Positions 54,029 through 64,000 of a stretch of 64,000 nucleotides of DNA are shown piece by piece; within the stretch, counting starts at the first letter, position 1, and the number at the start of each line of letters is the position of its first letter. The position numbers and the translations under genes were made by a program. Under the pieces are notes generated by a model, which made no database searches, was not told the origin of the DNA, and saw nothing but the letters and a program-made list of their open reading frames with translations. Source of the DNA: Smithellaceae bacterium (GTDB taxonomy: Bacteria; Desulfobacterota; Syntrophia; Syntrophales; Smithellaceae); NCBI GenBank assembly GCA_963667845.2, contig CAXXVL010000002.1, positions 2,112,001-2,176,000 of the forward strand, read 5' to 3'.

Positions 54029-54549
54029 GAGATCGTCAGCTCCTTTCCGTTAATCAGGCGGTACAGCTCTGAGATGAACACATTGAACCCCTGGAAAACC
54101 AGCATGATGGTGCCAATCAGTATCCAGGTCTTGTAAGGATAGATGGGGGGGAAAAAGCCGATTGTGGATCTCTCCAGAATCCGCCAGGATTCTATAACAG
54201 CGGGCACCATCGCCCAGATAATCAGGAACCAGCATAAAAAGAACATGGTCAGCATAAAAAATACATTCAAAAAAGCCTGCACCCTGACCGGTAACTTGAC
54301 CAGAATCATGTCCACGCTGACATGTCCTCCAACCTGCCAAGTATAGGCCATGGTAAAGACGAGGGCTATGCTGCAGAGAAAATAAGTCGCATCCCCGCTC
54401 CAGGTCGTCGGCGCACTGAAGACATAGCGGGCAACGACTTCATAGATAAGCGCGAGAATCAACAAAGGAAGGCAAAAAGAAGCAAGCCAGGCGACTTTTT
54501 CGTTGACGATATTGATGATCTTCATAATGGCAATAACGGTTTTCATCAT
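54025..54549 (-). CDS. dctQ: TRAP transporter small permease
   Basis: YEVVARYVFSAPT.W, GHVSVD, four TM segments. Confidence 0.92.
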   Translation of the reverse strand: MMKTVIAIMKIINIVNEKVAWLASFCLPLLILALIYEVVARYVFSAPTTWSGDATYFLCSIALVFTMAYTWQVGGHVSVDMILVKLPVRVQAFLNVFFMLTMFFLCWFLIIWAMVPAVIESWRILERSTIGFFPPIYPYKTWILIGTIMLVFQGFNVFISELYRLINGKELTIS

Positions 54550-54677
54550 AACACTCCTAAGTTTCTCGTTCCTTAAAACAGGACATTGGCCTCTTCAGTT
54601 GCGCGCCCGGCCGGAAACAAAAGTTCCGACCGGGCAACGCAGGAAAAGATTAGCATTAGGCATTAAGGAAACTGACT

Positions 54678-55748
54678 TTACTTGCGAATAGGCAACATGA
54701 ACTCCTCATAGTCGGAAAAGTCTTTCCAAAACTTGTTTACGGAAGCCCATGTTTTGGTCGTATGGGGTCTGTTGATTTTCTTCACTTCTTGACTAATATA
54801 AGCCCAGGCGGTTTTCCGGAACTCTCTCTGGGAGGCGTCGTCAACACGGGTTAACTTCAAGCCTTTCTTTTTGTAGAATTCCAAGGTGTCGATACCCATG
54901 ACGATATCCTTCGTCAACATTTCAACTGCCATCGCCTTGGCGGCATCCTGGATCATCGCCTTGTATTCAGGGGGCAACGCATTATATTTGTCTTTATTGA
55001 AACCGAGCTCAAAAAAACAGGTCGGTTGGTGCATGCCGGGGCCGGCGACGAATTTAGTGACTTCATGGAAATTCTGCTGCTTATTGACGATCGGGGTGGA
55101 AAATTCCAGGGCATCAATAATACCTTTTTGCAGCGAGGGGTACAGATCAACACCGGGTATCATGGTAACGGAGACGCCCTTTGACTTAAGGATTTCCGCC
55201 CACCAGCCCGGGGTTCTGTATTTCAGACCTTTAAAATCTTTGACATTCCTCAGAGGCTTGTTGGACATGGCCAGTATTTCCGAGTGGGTCAAGCCGCCGG
55301 GAATGACTATAACGTTCATTTTCATTTCATCATACATTTCCTGCATGAGTTCCTTGCCGCCGCCTTGATACATCCAGGTTAGATACATCAGCGGTTCCAG
55401 ATGCATGGGAATGGAAGCAAAGAAATTAGCCGATGGATGCTTGCCCTGCCAGTAGCCGCCCCAGGTTTGCCAGCCATCAATAGTGCCTTTGGAAGTCGCA
55501 TCGAGGACTTCCATGCCCCCGACAATAGCACCAGCGGGAAGAACCTTGATCACGAAATTGCCGCCGCTCATTTCGCCAATGCGTTTAGCCCAAGCTTCCA
55601 CCTCATCATGGATCAGCCAGCCCTTCATCCAAGTGGTCTGCATCGTCCAACGCACTTTGGGCAGCTCTTTGGCGTAACTTAATCCTGCCAATACAAAAAA
55701 ACACACCATCATCATGACAAAAATAAAAACGACTTTTCTGCTTTTCAT
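54678..55748 (-). CDS. dctP: TRAP transporter substrate-binding protein
   Basis: Signal peptide, WTMQT, DFKGLKYR, LQKGIIDALEF. Confidence 0.92.
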   Translation of the reverse strand: MKSRKVVFIFVMMMVCFFVLAGLSYAKELPKVRWTMQTTWMKGWLIHDEVEAWAKRIGEMSGGNFVIKVLPAGAIVGGMEVLDATSKGTIDGWQTWGGYWQGKHPSANFFASIPMHLEPLMYLTWMYQGGGKELMQEMYDEMKMNVIVIPGGLTHSEILAMSNKPLRNVKDFKGLKYRTPGWWAEILKSKGVSVTMIPGVDLYPSLQKGIIDALEFSTPIVNKQQNFHEVTKFVAGPGMHQPTCFFELGFNKDKYNALPPEYKAMIQDAAKAMAVEMLTKDIVMGIDTLEFYKKKGLKLTRVDDASQREFRKTAWAYISQEVKKINRPHTTKTWASVNKFWKDFSDYEEFMLPIRK

Positions 55749-55896
55749 TTCTCCCTCCTCCTTCTTTCTTTAGTCATTCATAGAGCCGGTTGTAAAAAAA
55801 ACATCCAAACCTGTAAAAAGAAACCATTCCTTAAGTGTCTCGATCTGTTTCTTATCTTTAACGCTATTTTAAGATTTTTCCTTTCCATAGGGATTT

Positions 55897-57894
55897 CTAC
55901 TTATGCACCGCTTGATGGGCCTCTTCGGGGCTTTCATAAATGTACGGCGCCAAATTGCGTTTTTCCAATTCGTCTCCCATTTTCATCCGCAGAAAGGCGC
56001 TCGTCGTGTAGCGCGTGACGTCTTCGTAATACTGCACGACATGATTGATCAAATCCGTATAGTCATCGATCAAATCGGGCAGGATGTTGAAATTGTCATA
56101 ATTGACGATGGTGTTGACTTTCTTATCCAGCGGCCCCAGCATTTCGTCGACAATGATTCTGATTTTATCAATTTCTCCACGGGAACGGATGTATAGATTT
56201 TCGAAATTGACAAAAAAGATATTCTCTTTTGCATGGTAAGTCAGGCGGTCCGAAAGCGGAATGGTCAACAGGTCGTTTTTCAGCCCCATGGACTCACTCC
56301 TGAAGATCCGGGCATCCATCAGCTTCGGTGTTCCCTTGATAACGGGCCGGAATCCCATCTGGTCGAGGATATCCATTTGCAGGTCGACGCCCGGGGCAAT
56401 TTCGGTTAATTCCATTCCTTCTTCCGTCAGATTGAAGACACACCGTTCCGTGATATAGAGAACCGGCTTATGATTATGCGCCGCGAAGTTTCCGCTGAAC
56501 GTTTTCTGTTCTACTTGTTTAATAAACTTTCTTTCTTTTCCCTCCTGATCGATACGGAGTTTTCCCTCGGCTATGGACACCTGGAGACCGCCGGCAGTGA
56601 AGGTTCCCACGAAAACCACCTTCTTGGCATTCTGGCTGATGTTGATAAATCCTCCGGGCCCGACGAAACGCGGTCCGAACTTGCTGACATTGACATTACC
56701 CTCCTCATCCGCCTCCGCTGCGCCGAGAAAGGCCGTATCCAGCCCGCCGCCGTCATAAAAATCGAACTGGTAGGGTTGATCGATCAAACATTCCATATTG
56801 GTGGCCGTCCCGAAGCACAGTCCACCAAGGGGCATGCCGCCGATGGTACCGGGCTCCGTCGTCAGGGTCAGATATTCGATGATTTTTTCTTCATTGGCCA
56901 CGCTGGCCACGCCTTCCGGCATGCCGATGCCGAGATTAACGATACTGTTCGGCGTGAGTTCGAAGGCCGCCCGGCGGGCGATAATTTTTCTCGGGCTCAG
57001 TTCCATCGGTGGAATAGACTGCATGGGAATCTTGACCTCTCCGCTGAGAGAGGGATTGTAAAATTCGCCAAATGTCTGCCAGTGATTCTCGGGTGGCGCC
57101 AAAACGATACAATCCACCAGAATCCCGGGAATCTTCACATCCCGGCTATTGAGCGTCCCCCGGTCCGCGATCCGTTCCACCTGGACAATGACAAAACCGC
57201 CGGAATTCTTTGCCGCCATGGCCATGGACAAGGACTCCAGGGTCAGGGGCTCCTTCTCCATCGAGATATTGCCGTCCGTATCCGCCGTTGTTCCTCTGAG
57301 AATGGCCACATTGATCGGGAAGGCTTTATAAAGAAGGTACTCCTCACCGTTGATCTGAATCAGGTCAATGAGATTCCTGCCTTCTTTAAATGTTTTCTCA
57401 TTGAGTTTCCCGCCGTCGATCCGGGGATCAATAAAGGTTCCCATCCCCACTTGTGTGATGGTTCCGGGCTTGCCCGCGGCGATATCACGGAATAGGTGGG
57501 TAATCACCCCCTGGGGCATATTGTAGCCTAATACAAGATTTTCTCTGACCAAACGCTGCAGTTTCGGCGCCATGCCAATGTGGCCCCCGATAACGGTTCC
57601 GACAAGGCCTTCATGCCCAAGATGATTCAAACCTCTGTCCAGGCCGTCTCCCTGACCGGCGGCATAAACGATGGTCAGATTTCGTGGCGTGCCGGTTGCC
57701 AGAAAATGCTTCTTCAGGCCAATCGCAATCTCTTCGGCAAAACAGGCCCCACAAAATCCTTCTGTCGCGACGGTATCTCCATCGCGGATGATGCGCACGG
57801 CTTCCTCGGTCGAAACCACCTTGCCCTTCTTTGCGCGCTGGGTGCGGAGTTGCAGCAGCATGGGGTGAATGCGCTTGGACATTTCTTGATTCAT
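55897..57894 (-). CDS. Fused family I CoA-transferase (YdiF/propionate CoA-transferase-like) with about 120-aa C-terminal extension
   Basis: AAGQGDG, GTFIDPR, VNLGIGMPEG, LTTEPG (catalytic Glu), GPGGFINISQ, YITERCVF. Confidence 0.9.
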   Translation of the reverse strand: MNQEMSKRIHPMLLQLRTQRAKKGKVVSTEEAVRIIRDGDTVATEGFCGACFAEEIAIGLKKHFLATGTPRNLTIVYAAGQGDGLDRGLNHLGHEGLVGTVIGGHIGMAPKLQRLVRENLVLGYNMPQGVITHLFRDIAAGKPGTITQVGMGTFIDPRIDGGKLNEKTFKEGRNLIDLIQINGEEYLLYKAFPINVAILRGTTADTDGNISMEKEPLTLESLSMAMAAKNSGGFVIVQVERIADRGTLNSRDVKIPGILVDCIVLAPPENHWQTFGEFYNPSLSGEVKIPMQSIPPMELSPRKIIARRAAFELTPNSIVNLGIGMPEGVASVANEEKIIEYLTLTTEPGTIGGMPLGGLCFGTATNMECLIDQPYQFDFYDGGGLDTAFLGAAEADEEGNVNVSKFGPRFVGPGGFINISQNAKKVVFVGTFTAGGLQVSIAEGKLRIDQEGKERKFIKQVEQKTFSGNFAAHNHKPVLYITERCVFNLTEEGMELTEIAPGVDLQMDILDQMGFRPVIKGTPKLMDARIFRSESMGLKNDLLTIPLSDRLTYHAKENIFFVNFENLYIRSRGEIDKIRIIVDEMLGPLDKKVNTIVNYDNFNILPDLIDDYTDLINHVVQYYEDVTRYTTSAFLRMKMGDELEKRNLAPYIYESPEEAHQAVHK

Positions 57895-58038
57895 AATGGC
57901 CCTCTTTCCTCAAATTGTTAAAATACAGCCGGGCAATGGAACAACTCATGTTGCATTGGTATTTCTGTATCTACATAAGAAAACAGCGAATGAAAAAATG
58001 GTAATTATTTTTCGATCACGCAATGACGTAATATTCTG

Positions 58039-58054
58039 TGCAAAAAGGGAACCA
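58039..58054 (-). promoter_or_regulatory. Putative sigma54 -24/-12 promoter for the CoA-transferase/TRAP genes
   Basis: Minus strand TGGTTCCCTTTTTGCA = GG-N10-GC; adjacent divergent sigma54 activator. Confidence 0.6.
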
Positions 58055-58204
58055 TTGCCGTCATCGGGAAGGGTTAAAAAAATAAGAATTAATATTTATC
58101 TTGCAATATCAATAAATTACATAATATAAAATTCAGGATATTTTTCTCGACAAACAGTTGAAGATGGTATAAAAAAAAGTTAGAATTCGTATCATATTTA
58201 ATAC

Positions 58205-59692
58205 ATGTATCTTTGGAGCTACGGAGTCGGCATGAAAAGAAATGCAAATCTGTCTCTGATACGCACGCCGAAAAGCAATACGGTGAACTCCGATATCGGG
58301 GAGATCGAAGTATTGCGGAAGCGGCTGGAAATGTATGAACTGATTTTTGAAAGCATTCACTACGGCGGCTTGGTCACCGATGAAAAAGGCTATATCACCC
58401 ACATGAACAAACCTTACGGCAATTATCTGAATTTAGATCCTCAGGCCCAGATCGGCAAGCATTGCACCGAGGTGGTCGAAAATTCGCGCATGCATATAGT
58501 GGCCCAGACAGGCAAGCCGGAATTCAGCAACAGCCACCTCCTCAAAGGCCAGAAAATGGTGGTGCACCGCATCCCCATCAAAAAAGACGGCAAGGTGATC
58601 GCCGTTTACGGTCAACTGGTTTTCAAGGATGTGCGCGACGTGGGCAAGCTGGCCAAAGAACTCTCTCTGCTCGAATCCAAAGTCAAACTTTATGAAGCCG
58701 AACTACTCGCCATGCGATCCACACGCTACACGCTGGACAGTGTCATCGGCATAAGCGACGCGATCACCTCTCTGAAAGCGCAGGCACTGAAAGCCGCCGC
58801 CAGTCATTCCCCCGTCTTGATCTCCGGCGAAAGCGGTACCGGCAAGGAGCTGTTCGCTCAGGCCATTCACCAGGCCGGCCCGCGCAAGGTCTTTCCTTTT
58901 GTACGGATCAATTGTGCAACCATCCCCAAGGATCTTTTCGAGTCGGAACTGTTCGGTTATGAGCAGGGAGCCTTTACCGGAGCGAAATCGGAAGGAAAAC
59001 CCGGTAAGTTCGAACTGGCCGATCGGGGAACCATCTTTCTCGATGAAATCGGGGAACTGCCCGTACCGATGCAGCCGAAACTGTTGCGTGTGTTGGAAGA
59101 GAAGGAATTCGAGCGCGTAGGCGGCACCCGGGTGATCCGTTCCAATTTCCGCCTGATCGCCGCCACCAATCAGAATCTGGACGCCATGATCAGGGACCGA
59201 CGCTTCCGCAAGGATCTTTTTTACCGGCTGAACGTTTTTCCAATTACTATTCCGCCCTTACGGGAACGCCGGGAAGACATCATTCCCGTTTTTATGCACC
59301 TGCTGCAGAAATTATCGGAGGATGCCGACCGCTTCGATATCCGCCTTGACCGAAGCGCTCAAAAAGTCCTGATGGAGCATAGCTGGCCCGGCAATGTCCG
59401 GGAACTTTCCAACGTCCTGGAATGGACCCTGTCCTCGCTCGAAGGCAATTGCATTCGGGACAGGGATCTGCCTTTCTATCTGAAATCCAGATTGGATATC
59501 CTGCCTCCCGAGAGGCACTCCCCGATGCGGGAGGCTCAGGCCCACGCCGAGGTTCAGGCTATCCGCCAGGCTTTGGATGAAGCCGACCACAATAAAGCCC
59601 GGGCGGCCCGCATCCTGGGCATTCACCGGACCCTGCTGTATAAAAAAATAAAGAAATACGGCGTGGAAGAACTGAAAGAATCAAACAGATGA
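58205..59692 (+). CDS. PAS-domain sigma54-dependent Fis-family transcriptional activator
   Basis: GESGTGKE, ESELFG..GAFTGA, FLDEIG, WPGNVREL, Fis HTH AARILGIHRTLLYKK. Confidence 0.95.
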   Translation: MYLWSYGVGMKRNANLSLIRTPKSNTVNSDIGEIEVLRKRLEMYELIFESIHYGGLVTDEKGYITHMNKPYGNYLNLDPQAQIGKHCTEVVENSRMHIVAQTGKPEFSNSHLLKGQKMVVHRIPIKKDGKVIAVYGQLVFKDVRDVGKLAKELSLLESKVKLYEAELLAMRSTRYTLDSVIGISDAITSLKAQALKAAASHSPVLISGESGTGKELFAQAIHQAGPRKVFPFVRINCATIPKDLFESELFGYEQGAFTGAKSEGKPGKFELADRGTIFLDEIGELPVPMQPKLLRVLEEKEFERVGGTRVIRSNFRLIAATNQNLDAMIRDRRFRKDLFYRLNVFPITIPPLRERREDIIPVFMHLLQKLSEDADRFDIRLDRSAQKVLMEHSWPGNVRELSNVLEWTLSSLEGNCIRDRDLPFYLKSRLDILPPERHSPMREAQAHAEVQAIRQALDEADHNKARAARILGIHRTLLYKKIKKYGVEELKESNR

Positions 59693-59696
59693 GGCG

Positions 59697-59996
59697 ATGG
59701 AGAGGATGACAGATACCTTTAAGACTATTCTACTGATTCTCTTTGTGATCGGAGGCCTGTTTTTCTCGCTGCGTATGACCGGATGGAAGATGAAGAAGGC
59801 CTGCGAATTCATCATTCGGGATCTGCGGGAGAAAAAGGCGTTTGACCCGGTTTCGGCGGTAGATCTTCCTTATCGGAAAAGCCCGATGATGCATCTCGGT
59901 TTACGGGACTACCGGCCTGCTGCACTCCAGGACCTCATCAAGCGAGATGTGGTCCGCCAATTGGAAACGGAGCGGTACTATTTGCGCGAGGGTTGA
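59697..59996 (+). CDS. Small membrane-anchored hypothetical protein
   Basis: 99 aa, one N-terminal TM segment, immediately downstream of the activator. Confidence 0.6.
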   Translation: MERMTDTFKTILLILFVIGGLFFSLRMTGWKMKKACEFIIRDLREKKAFDPVSAVDLPYRKSPMMHLGLRDYRPAALQDLIKRDVVRQLETERYYLREG

Positions 59997-60036
59997 AACC
60001 CCCGCAGGTGCCTTGACGGAGCCGGTCTCGACCGCA

Positions 60037-60213
60037 CGGACAACGGGCGTCGTTTGGCCGGAACTGGCTGCCGATGCCAGGACCCGCTGTATGCTGTTCG
60101 ACGATTCCGTACAGGCCGAAAAGATCAAAGAGGTTTATGCTGTCGCTGATGAATTGCGGCTGAAATTCGGCAAGCACAGGCTGCACGCGGGTTTGAGCTT
60201 GGCACCCAAATAG
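60037..60213 (+). pseudogene. Fragment of a dinB-like gene (3' region)
   Basis: RTTGVV...LFDDSVQAEKIKEVYAVADELRLKFGKHRLH aligns with RATGVV...LFDNPVQAEKIKDLYDVADELGLKFGKHTLH of 50052-51359. Confidence 0.85.
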
Positions 60214-60258
60214 CGTTTCTATGTGTGGCTGGCTCATCGGTTTGCAAAAAAAGTACGT

Positions 60259-60888
60259 CTAGATTTTCAACAGACTGTCCATGTCTCGACTAAACGACTC
60301 AGCATCGGTGTAAAGAATGGCCTGCCAACCCTTTTGCCTTGCGCGTTCGACATTTCCCGGGTCATCGTCGATAAATAAAATTCTGTCAGGAGGCGTTTTT
60401 AGAATTTCGGCGATATCGTCGAACAGGGAAATATCACGTTTTCCTTTGCCCATGTGGTAGCTGTTAAACACAAAATCAAACTCTTTGAAAAAATCGAATC
60501 GCGCATTCAGCAAATCGAGCACATCCGTCTGATCGCTCAGGATGCCGACCGCCAGGTTTTCAGACTTTAACCGCCGCACAAGCTTAATCATCCAGTCCCT
60601 GATGATGAACCGCGAAATGATTTCCTGCAGGAGCGCCGCATCATCTCCTTTGATTCCCGTTTTTGCTCTCATGGCGTCCCAGAAGCTTCTTTCGGAACCT
60701 TTTCCCAGAATGTAACCGGTCTCATAAACCGTATCGGAAGCCGTTTGAACAAGATGGCCGCCATCCAGACCATTGGCTTCGGCAATGACCCTGAATCCTT
60801 TCTTCCATCCTTCTTCAGCAAGCACACCCCCGAAGTCAAATAGAACGACATCAATTATCCTTCTTCTAAGATCAGGCTTCTCCAGCAA
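60259..60888 (-). CDS. HAD-family phosphatase
   Basis: VLFDFGGVL, ILSD, GK, LFIDD. Confidence 0.9.
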   Translation of the reverse strand: MLEKPDLRRRIIDVVLFDFGGVLAEEGWKKGFRVIAEANGLDGGHLVQTASDTVYETGYILGKGSERSFWDAMRAKTGIKGDDAALLQEIISRFIIRDWMIKLVRRLKSENLAVGILSDQTDVLDLLNARFDFFKEFDFVFNSYHMGKGKRDISLFDDIAEILKTPPDRILFIDDDPGNVERARQKGWQAILYTDAESFSRDMDSLLKI

Positions 60889-61066
60889 ATTGATTACCTT
60901 TCATGTTTTTATCTGCGGCATTGCGGCAAGTCTCCCGGGGCCGTCAGATTGATTTACGTTACCTGTTCCCGTGCCGACGCGTCTGCACCGGGACCCGCTA
61001 TGGTTGTTTTAAAGGAGGTTTTCGCGACGAAGAGGTGCGGGGCCGGCCCCCGGCTGCCGGTGTTCG

Positions 61067-61702
61067 CTATTTATTTATCAGCGCTTTTACAATGTAATTT
61101 TCGGAAAGCCGAACCAATTCGTCATAACTGAATCTATTTCGCAAGTTCCAGCCGCGCAACGGATTTACAGACATTTGCAGGACGATCATGTTGGCTGCAA
61201 AAAAAGGATCTTCCACCTGGAAGATGCCTCGTTCAATGCCGCGGAGAATCATTTTTTCAAACTCGCAGACCAGTTGCCTTTCGTTTTCCATCGCGATTTT
61301 CAGAAATTTGGGGGGCAGGAAACGCGATTCCAGGTACATGATCTTGATTTCATCCTGATAGTCTTCGCACTTGAGCAGCATCGCGCGCACTGCCATGCGA
61401 ATCTGCTCCAGAGGATCATCAATATCGTAAATGCCGTTTTTCTCCAGAATTTTTATCCAGGATTTGTGGTACAGTTCAAAGACCAGGCAAAGCACATCCT
61501 CTTTCTTTTTGATGTAAGAATAAAGGTTGCCCAGGGTGATTCGAGTCGCCCGGGAGATGTCGCGCATGCTGGTATCGGAAAATCCTTTCTTGATAAAAAG
61601 TTTGGTTGCTTTACTGGCAATCAACAAATGCTTTTCCCGGACCAGCCTGGGATTTTTGATTCTGGTCTCAACCGTTTGCCGGTTGTCTTTGGGACGCGCC
61701 AT
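61067..61702 (-). CDS. TetR/AcrR family transcriptional regulator
   Basis: ATKLFIKKGFSDTSMRDISRATRITLGNLYSYIKKKEDVL. Confidence 0.92.
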   Translation of the reverse strand: MARPKDNRQTVETRIKNPRLVREKHLLIASKATKLFIKKGFSDTSMRDISRATRITLGNLYSYIKKKEDVLCLVFELYHKSWIKILEKNGIYDIDDPLEQIRMAVRAMLLKCEDYQDEIKIMYLESRFLPPKFLKIAMENERQLVCEFEKMILRGIERGIFQVEDPFFAANMIVLQMSVNPLRGWNLRNRFSYDELVRLSENYIVKALINK

Positions 61703-62238
61703 ACGGATTCCTTTTTCGTCAGAGCGTGAAATATCGAAGCCTCATACAATAATTCTTCTAGTGAAACAATGTAATTATTTAAAAATATGAGTTTTTTTAT
61801 TTTTACCCGAAAAATCATAAACATTGAAGATAATTAAAAATATTTCTTGCATTTCCTTTTTTATCTGCTAAGAAAAATAACGATCGTTCGATAAAATTCT
61901 GCGAGTGTCAGTCATCGAGATAGCGATTTTTTCGGCGTCATTCGGCACTCTACACAACACAAAATGAGGGGGCGGACGTGGGGCATTTGAGAAGTTTCAT
62001 CTCTGGGATTACTATCAGCATCCCTCTTCCTGGACAAATTTCCATATTACGAACGGCGGCAACATCAGCTCTGCACGGTCCTGCGGCTTGTTGTTTTTGT
62101 GGCCACCGGCGCCTGAAAATCCGATCCGCATATGGCGCAGTTCCAAAACATCCAATGTCAATGACGCGGTTCTACAGATCCGGTTGCCCGTCCCGTACTG
62201 AAGGGGATAAAAATAATATTTCTTAAGGAGGAGTTAAT

Positions 62239-64000
62239 ATGTCGTTAAATCAGTTAATCGATTCGCGTGATGTCCGTTTTACCCTGTTTGAAATGCTGGA
62301 ACTGGAGAAATTGAACCGGTTCGATGCATTTAAAGATTTTGATCGGAGCGTATATGAGGATACGCTCGAACTGGCAGAGAAGATTGCCATCCAGCAGTTT
62401 TATCCGACCAATGCCGAAGGGGACAAGACGGGCCTGAAGTTCGATCCCAAAACGGGCGAGGTCAAGGTTCCCGAATCGTTCAAAAAGGGATTCAATGCCT
62501 ATATCGAGTCCGGATTCCATTCCCTGGCCCTGCCCCAGCAAATGGGTGGGATGGGTCTCCCCTCCAGCATCTCGATGGCCTGCGCGGAGTATTTCAACGC
62601 GGGGAACACAGCCCTGACGATGTATTGCGGCTCGATCACCGGGGCGCTCGCCATCATCGCCCCCTTCGCGAATAAGGAACTCTATGACATGGTCGTTCCC
62701 AAGCTGCTGGAAGGAAAATGGGGCGGCACCATGTGTCTGACGGAACCGGGAGCCGGATCGGATGTCGGCGCCCTCAAGAGCAAGGCGGTGAAACAAGCCG
62801 ATGGTACCTATCTGATCACCGGCTCAAAGATTTTCATCTCCAACGGCGAACACGACATGAACGAGAACATCATTCACCCGGTCCTCGCGAGGATCGAAGG
62901 CGATCCGGAAGGGACCAAGGGGATATCGATCTTCGTCGTTCCCAAAGTCCTCATCAACAAGGATGGCTCTCTCGGCGCACGTAACGACATGATCTGTTCG
63001 GGCATCGAGCACAAAATGGGCCTTAAAGGAAACGCCACCTCATCGCTGAATTTTGGCGATAACGGCAAGTGTGTCGGCTATCTGCTGGGCAAGGAACGCC
63101 AGGGGATGCAGATCATGTTCCATCTCATGAACGCAGCCCGCATCCACACAGGCGTCCAGGCCCTGGGTTGCTCCAGCGCCGCTTATCTGCATGCCGTGAC
63201 CTACGCCCGCAACAGGGTTCAGAGCGCCCTGATCACGAATCCCAAAGGCGGCCCCGTCGCCATTATCAATCACCCGGACGTGAAACGGATGCTCCTTTAC
63301 ATGAAGAGCAACGTTGAGGGGATGAGTATGCTGTGCCTCTTCCTCGCCTATCACGAGGATATCATGCATGCTTCGAAGGATCCCGAAGAGGTGAAAAAGG
63401 CGACCGGCATAGTCGAAATCCTGACCCCGATCGTGAAGGCCGGTATCTCCGACGCCTCCTGGCTCGTTACCGCCGAGGCGATGCAGGTTTACGGCGGTTA
63501 CGGTTTCTGCCAGGAATACCCGGTCGAACAGTACGCCCGCGACACCAAAGTATTTTCGATCTATGAGGGGACCAACGCCATCCAGTCACTCGACCTGGTC
63601 ATGCGCAAGATTCTCATGAATCCCGAGATGTACAACTACTCGCAGCTCAGGGAATGGATGAATGGCACGATTGCAAAGGCCAAAGGCGTCGTCGACGACA
63701 AGTATGTCAATCCGGTCGTCGAAGGTCTGGCAAAACTTGACGAGATGATCGAGATGATGAAGAAGCAGTTGGGCGAAATGAAGATTCTCCTCCTGCTCAA
63801 TAACGCAACCCCCTTCCAGCAGGCCATGTATCCGCTGATTCTGGCGTGGCTGCATCTGTGGAGCCTCACCATCACCACGCCCAAAGCCAAAGCGCTCATG
63901 GGCGATGCCAAAGGCGCCGACCGGCAGAAGATTCTGGCCGACAACCCCGAAGCCGCCTACTACAGCGGCCGCGTGCTGTCGTCGCAGTTCTATATCGGTG
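62239..64000 (+). CDS. Acyl-CoA dehydrogenase, paralogue of 29134-31002; runs off the window end
   Basis: RBS AAGGAGGAG, ATG 62239 MSLNQLIDSRDVRFTLFE, GTMCLTEPGAGSDVG, EHKMG, QVYGGYG, IYEGTN. Confidence 0.93.
   Translation, partial: MSLNQLIDSRDVRFTLFEMLELEKLNRFDAFKDFDRSVYEDTLELAEKIAIQQFYPTNAEGDKTGLKFDPKTGEVKVPESFKKGFNAYIESGFHSLALPQQMGGMGLPSSISMACAEYFNAGNTALTMYCGSITGALAIIAPFANKELYDMVVPKLLEGKWGGTMCLTEPGAGSDVGALKSKAVKQADGTYLITGSKIFISNGEHDMNENIIHPVLARIEGDPEGTKGISIFVVPKVLINKDGSLGARNDMICSGIEHKMGLKGNATSSLNFGDNGKCVGYLLGKERQGMQIMFHLMNAARIHTGVQALGCSSAAYLHAVTYARNRVQSALITNPKGGPVAIINHPDVKRMLLYMKSNVEGMSMLCLFLAYHEDIMHASKDPEEVKKATGIVEILTPIVKAGISDASWLVTAEAMQVYGGYGFCQEYPVEQYARDTKVFSIYEGTNAIQSLDLVMRKILMNPEMYNYSQLREWMNGTIAKAKGVVDDKYVNPVVEGLAKLDEMIEMMKKQLGEMKILLLLNNATPFQQAMYPLILAWLHLWSLTITTPKAKALMGDAKGADRQKILADNPEAAYYSGRVLSSQFYIG

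Noticed and set aside
56470..57495. Long antisense ORFs (341 aa here; also 3756-4502, 16104-16856, 17934-18671, 29158-29907)
   Set aside because: Shadow frames opposite well-supported genes, with no recognisable motifs
37072..60213. Intact prophage, ICE or autonomous IS
   Set aside because: No integrase, transposase or phage structural gene found anywhere in the window

Overview
Bacterial chromosomal window; the 16S rRNA and fatty-acid/CoA gene content suggest an anaerobic deltaproteobacterium, probably Syntrophales (Smithella-like), which is an inference. Core content: tamA-tamB-amidohydrolase operon; rpmH-rnpA-yidD-yidC-jag-mnmE cluster without the usual neighbours dnaA and mnmG; a complete rRNA operon (16S-tRNAIle-tRNAAla-23S-5S); two acyl-CoA dehydrogenase paralogues, an acyl-CoA ligase, a CoA-transferase with a divergent sigma54 activator, and a TRAP transporter. 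Best candidate for an undescribed system: a LexA/UmuD-type peptidase plus Y-family polymerase (SOS mutagenesis) cassette, preceded by a perfect GAAC-N4-GTTC palindrome, into which an AT-rich TcmP-like methyltransferase (ending in a clamp-binding-like QRSLF) and an SplB-like radical SAM pair are inserted. Other notable items: a decayed second copy of 5S rRNA plus terminator followed by an 88-bp tandem repeat; five co-oriented copies of a palindromic intergenic element; a palindromic element inserted in frame in a radical SAM gene; remnants of cydA and dinB; two unusual nucleotide-cyclase-fold proteins; and a CsgG/FlgT/DUF1566/caspase envelope gene set split by the rpmH-mnmE operon. All family assignments come from motif recognition by eye; no database searches were run.
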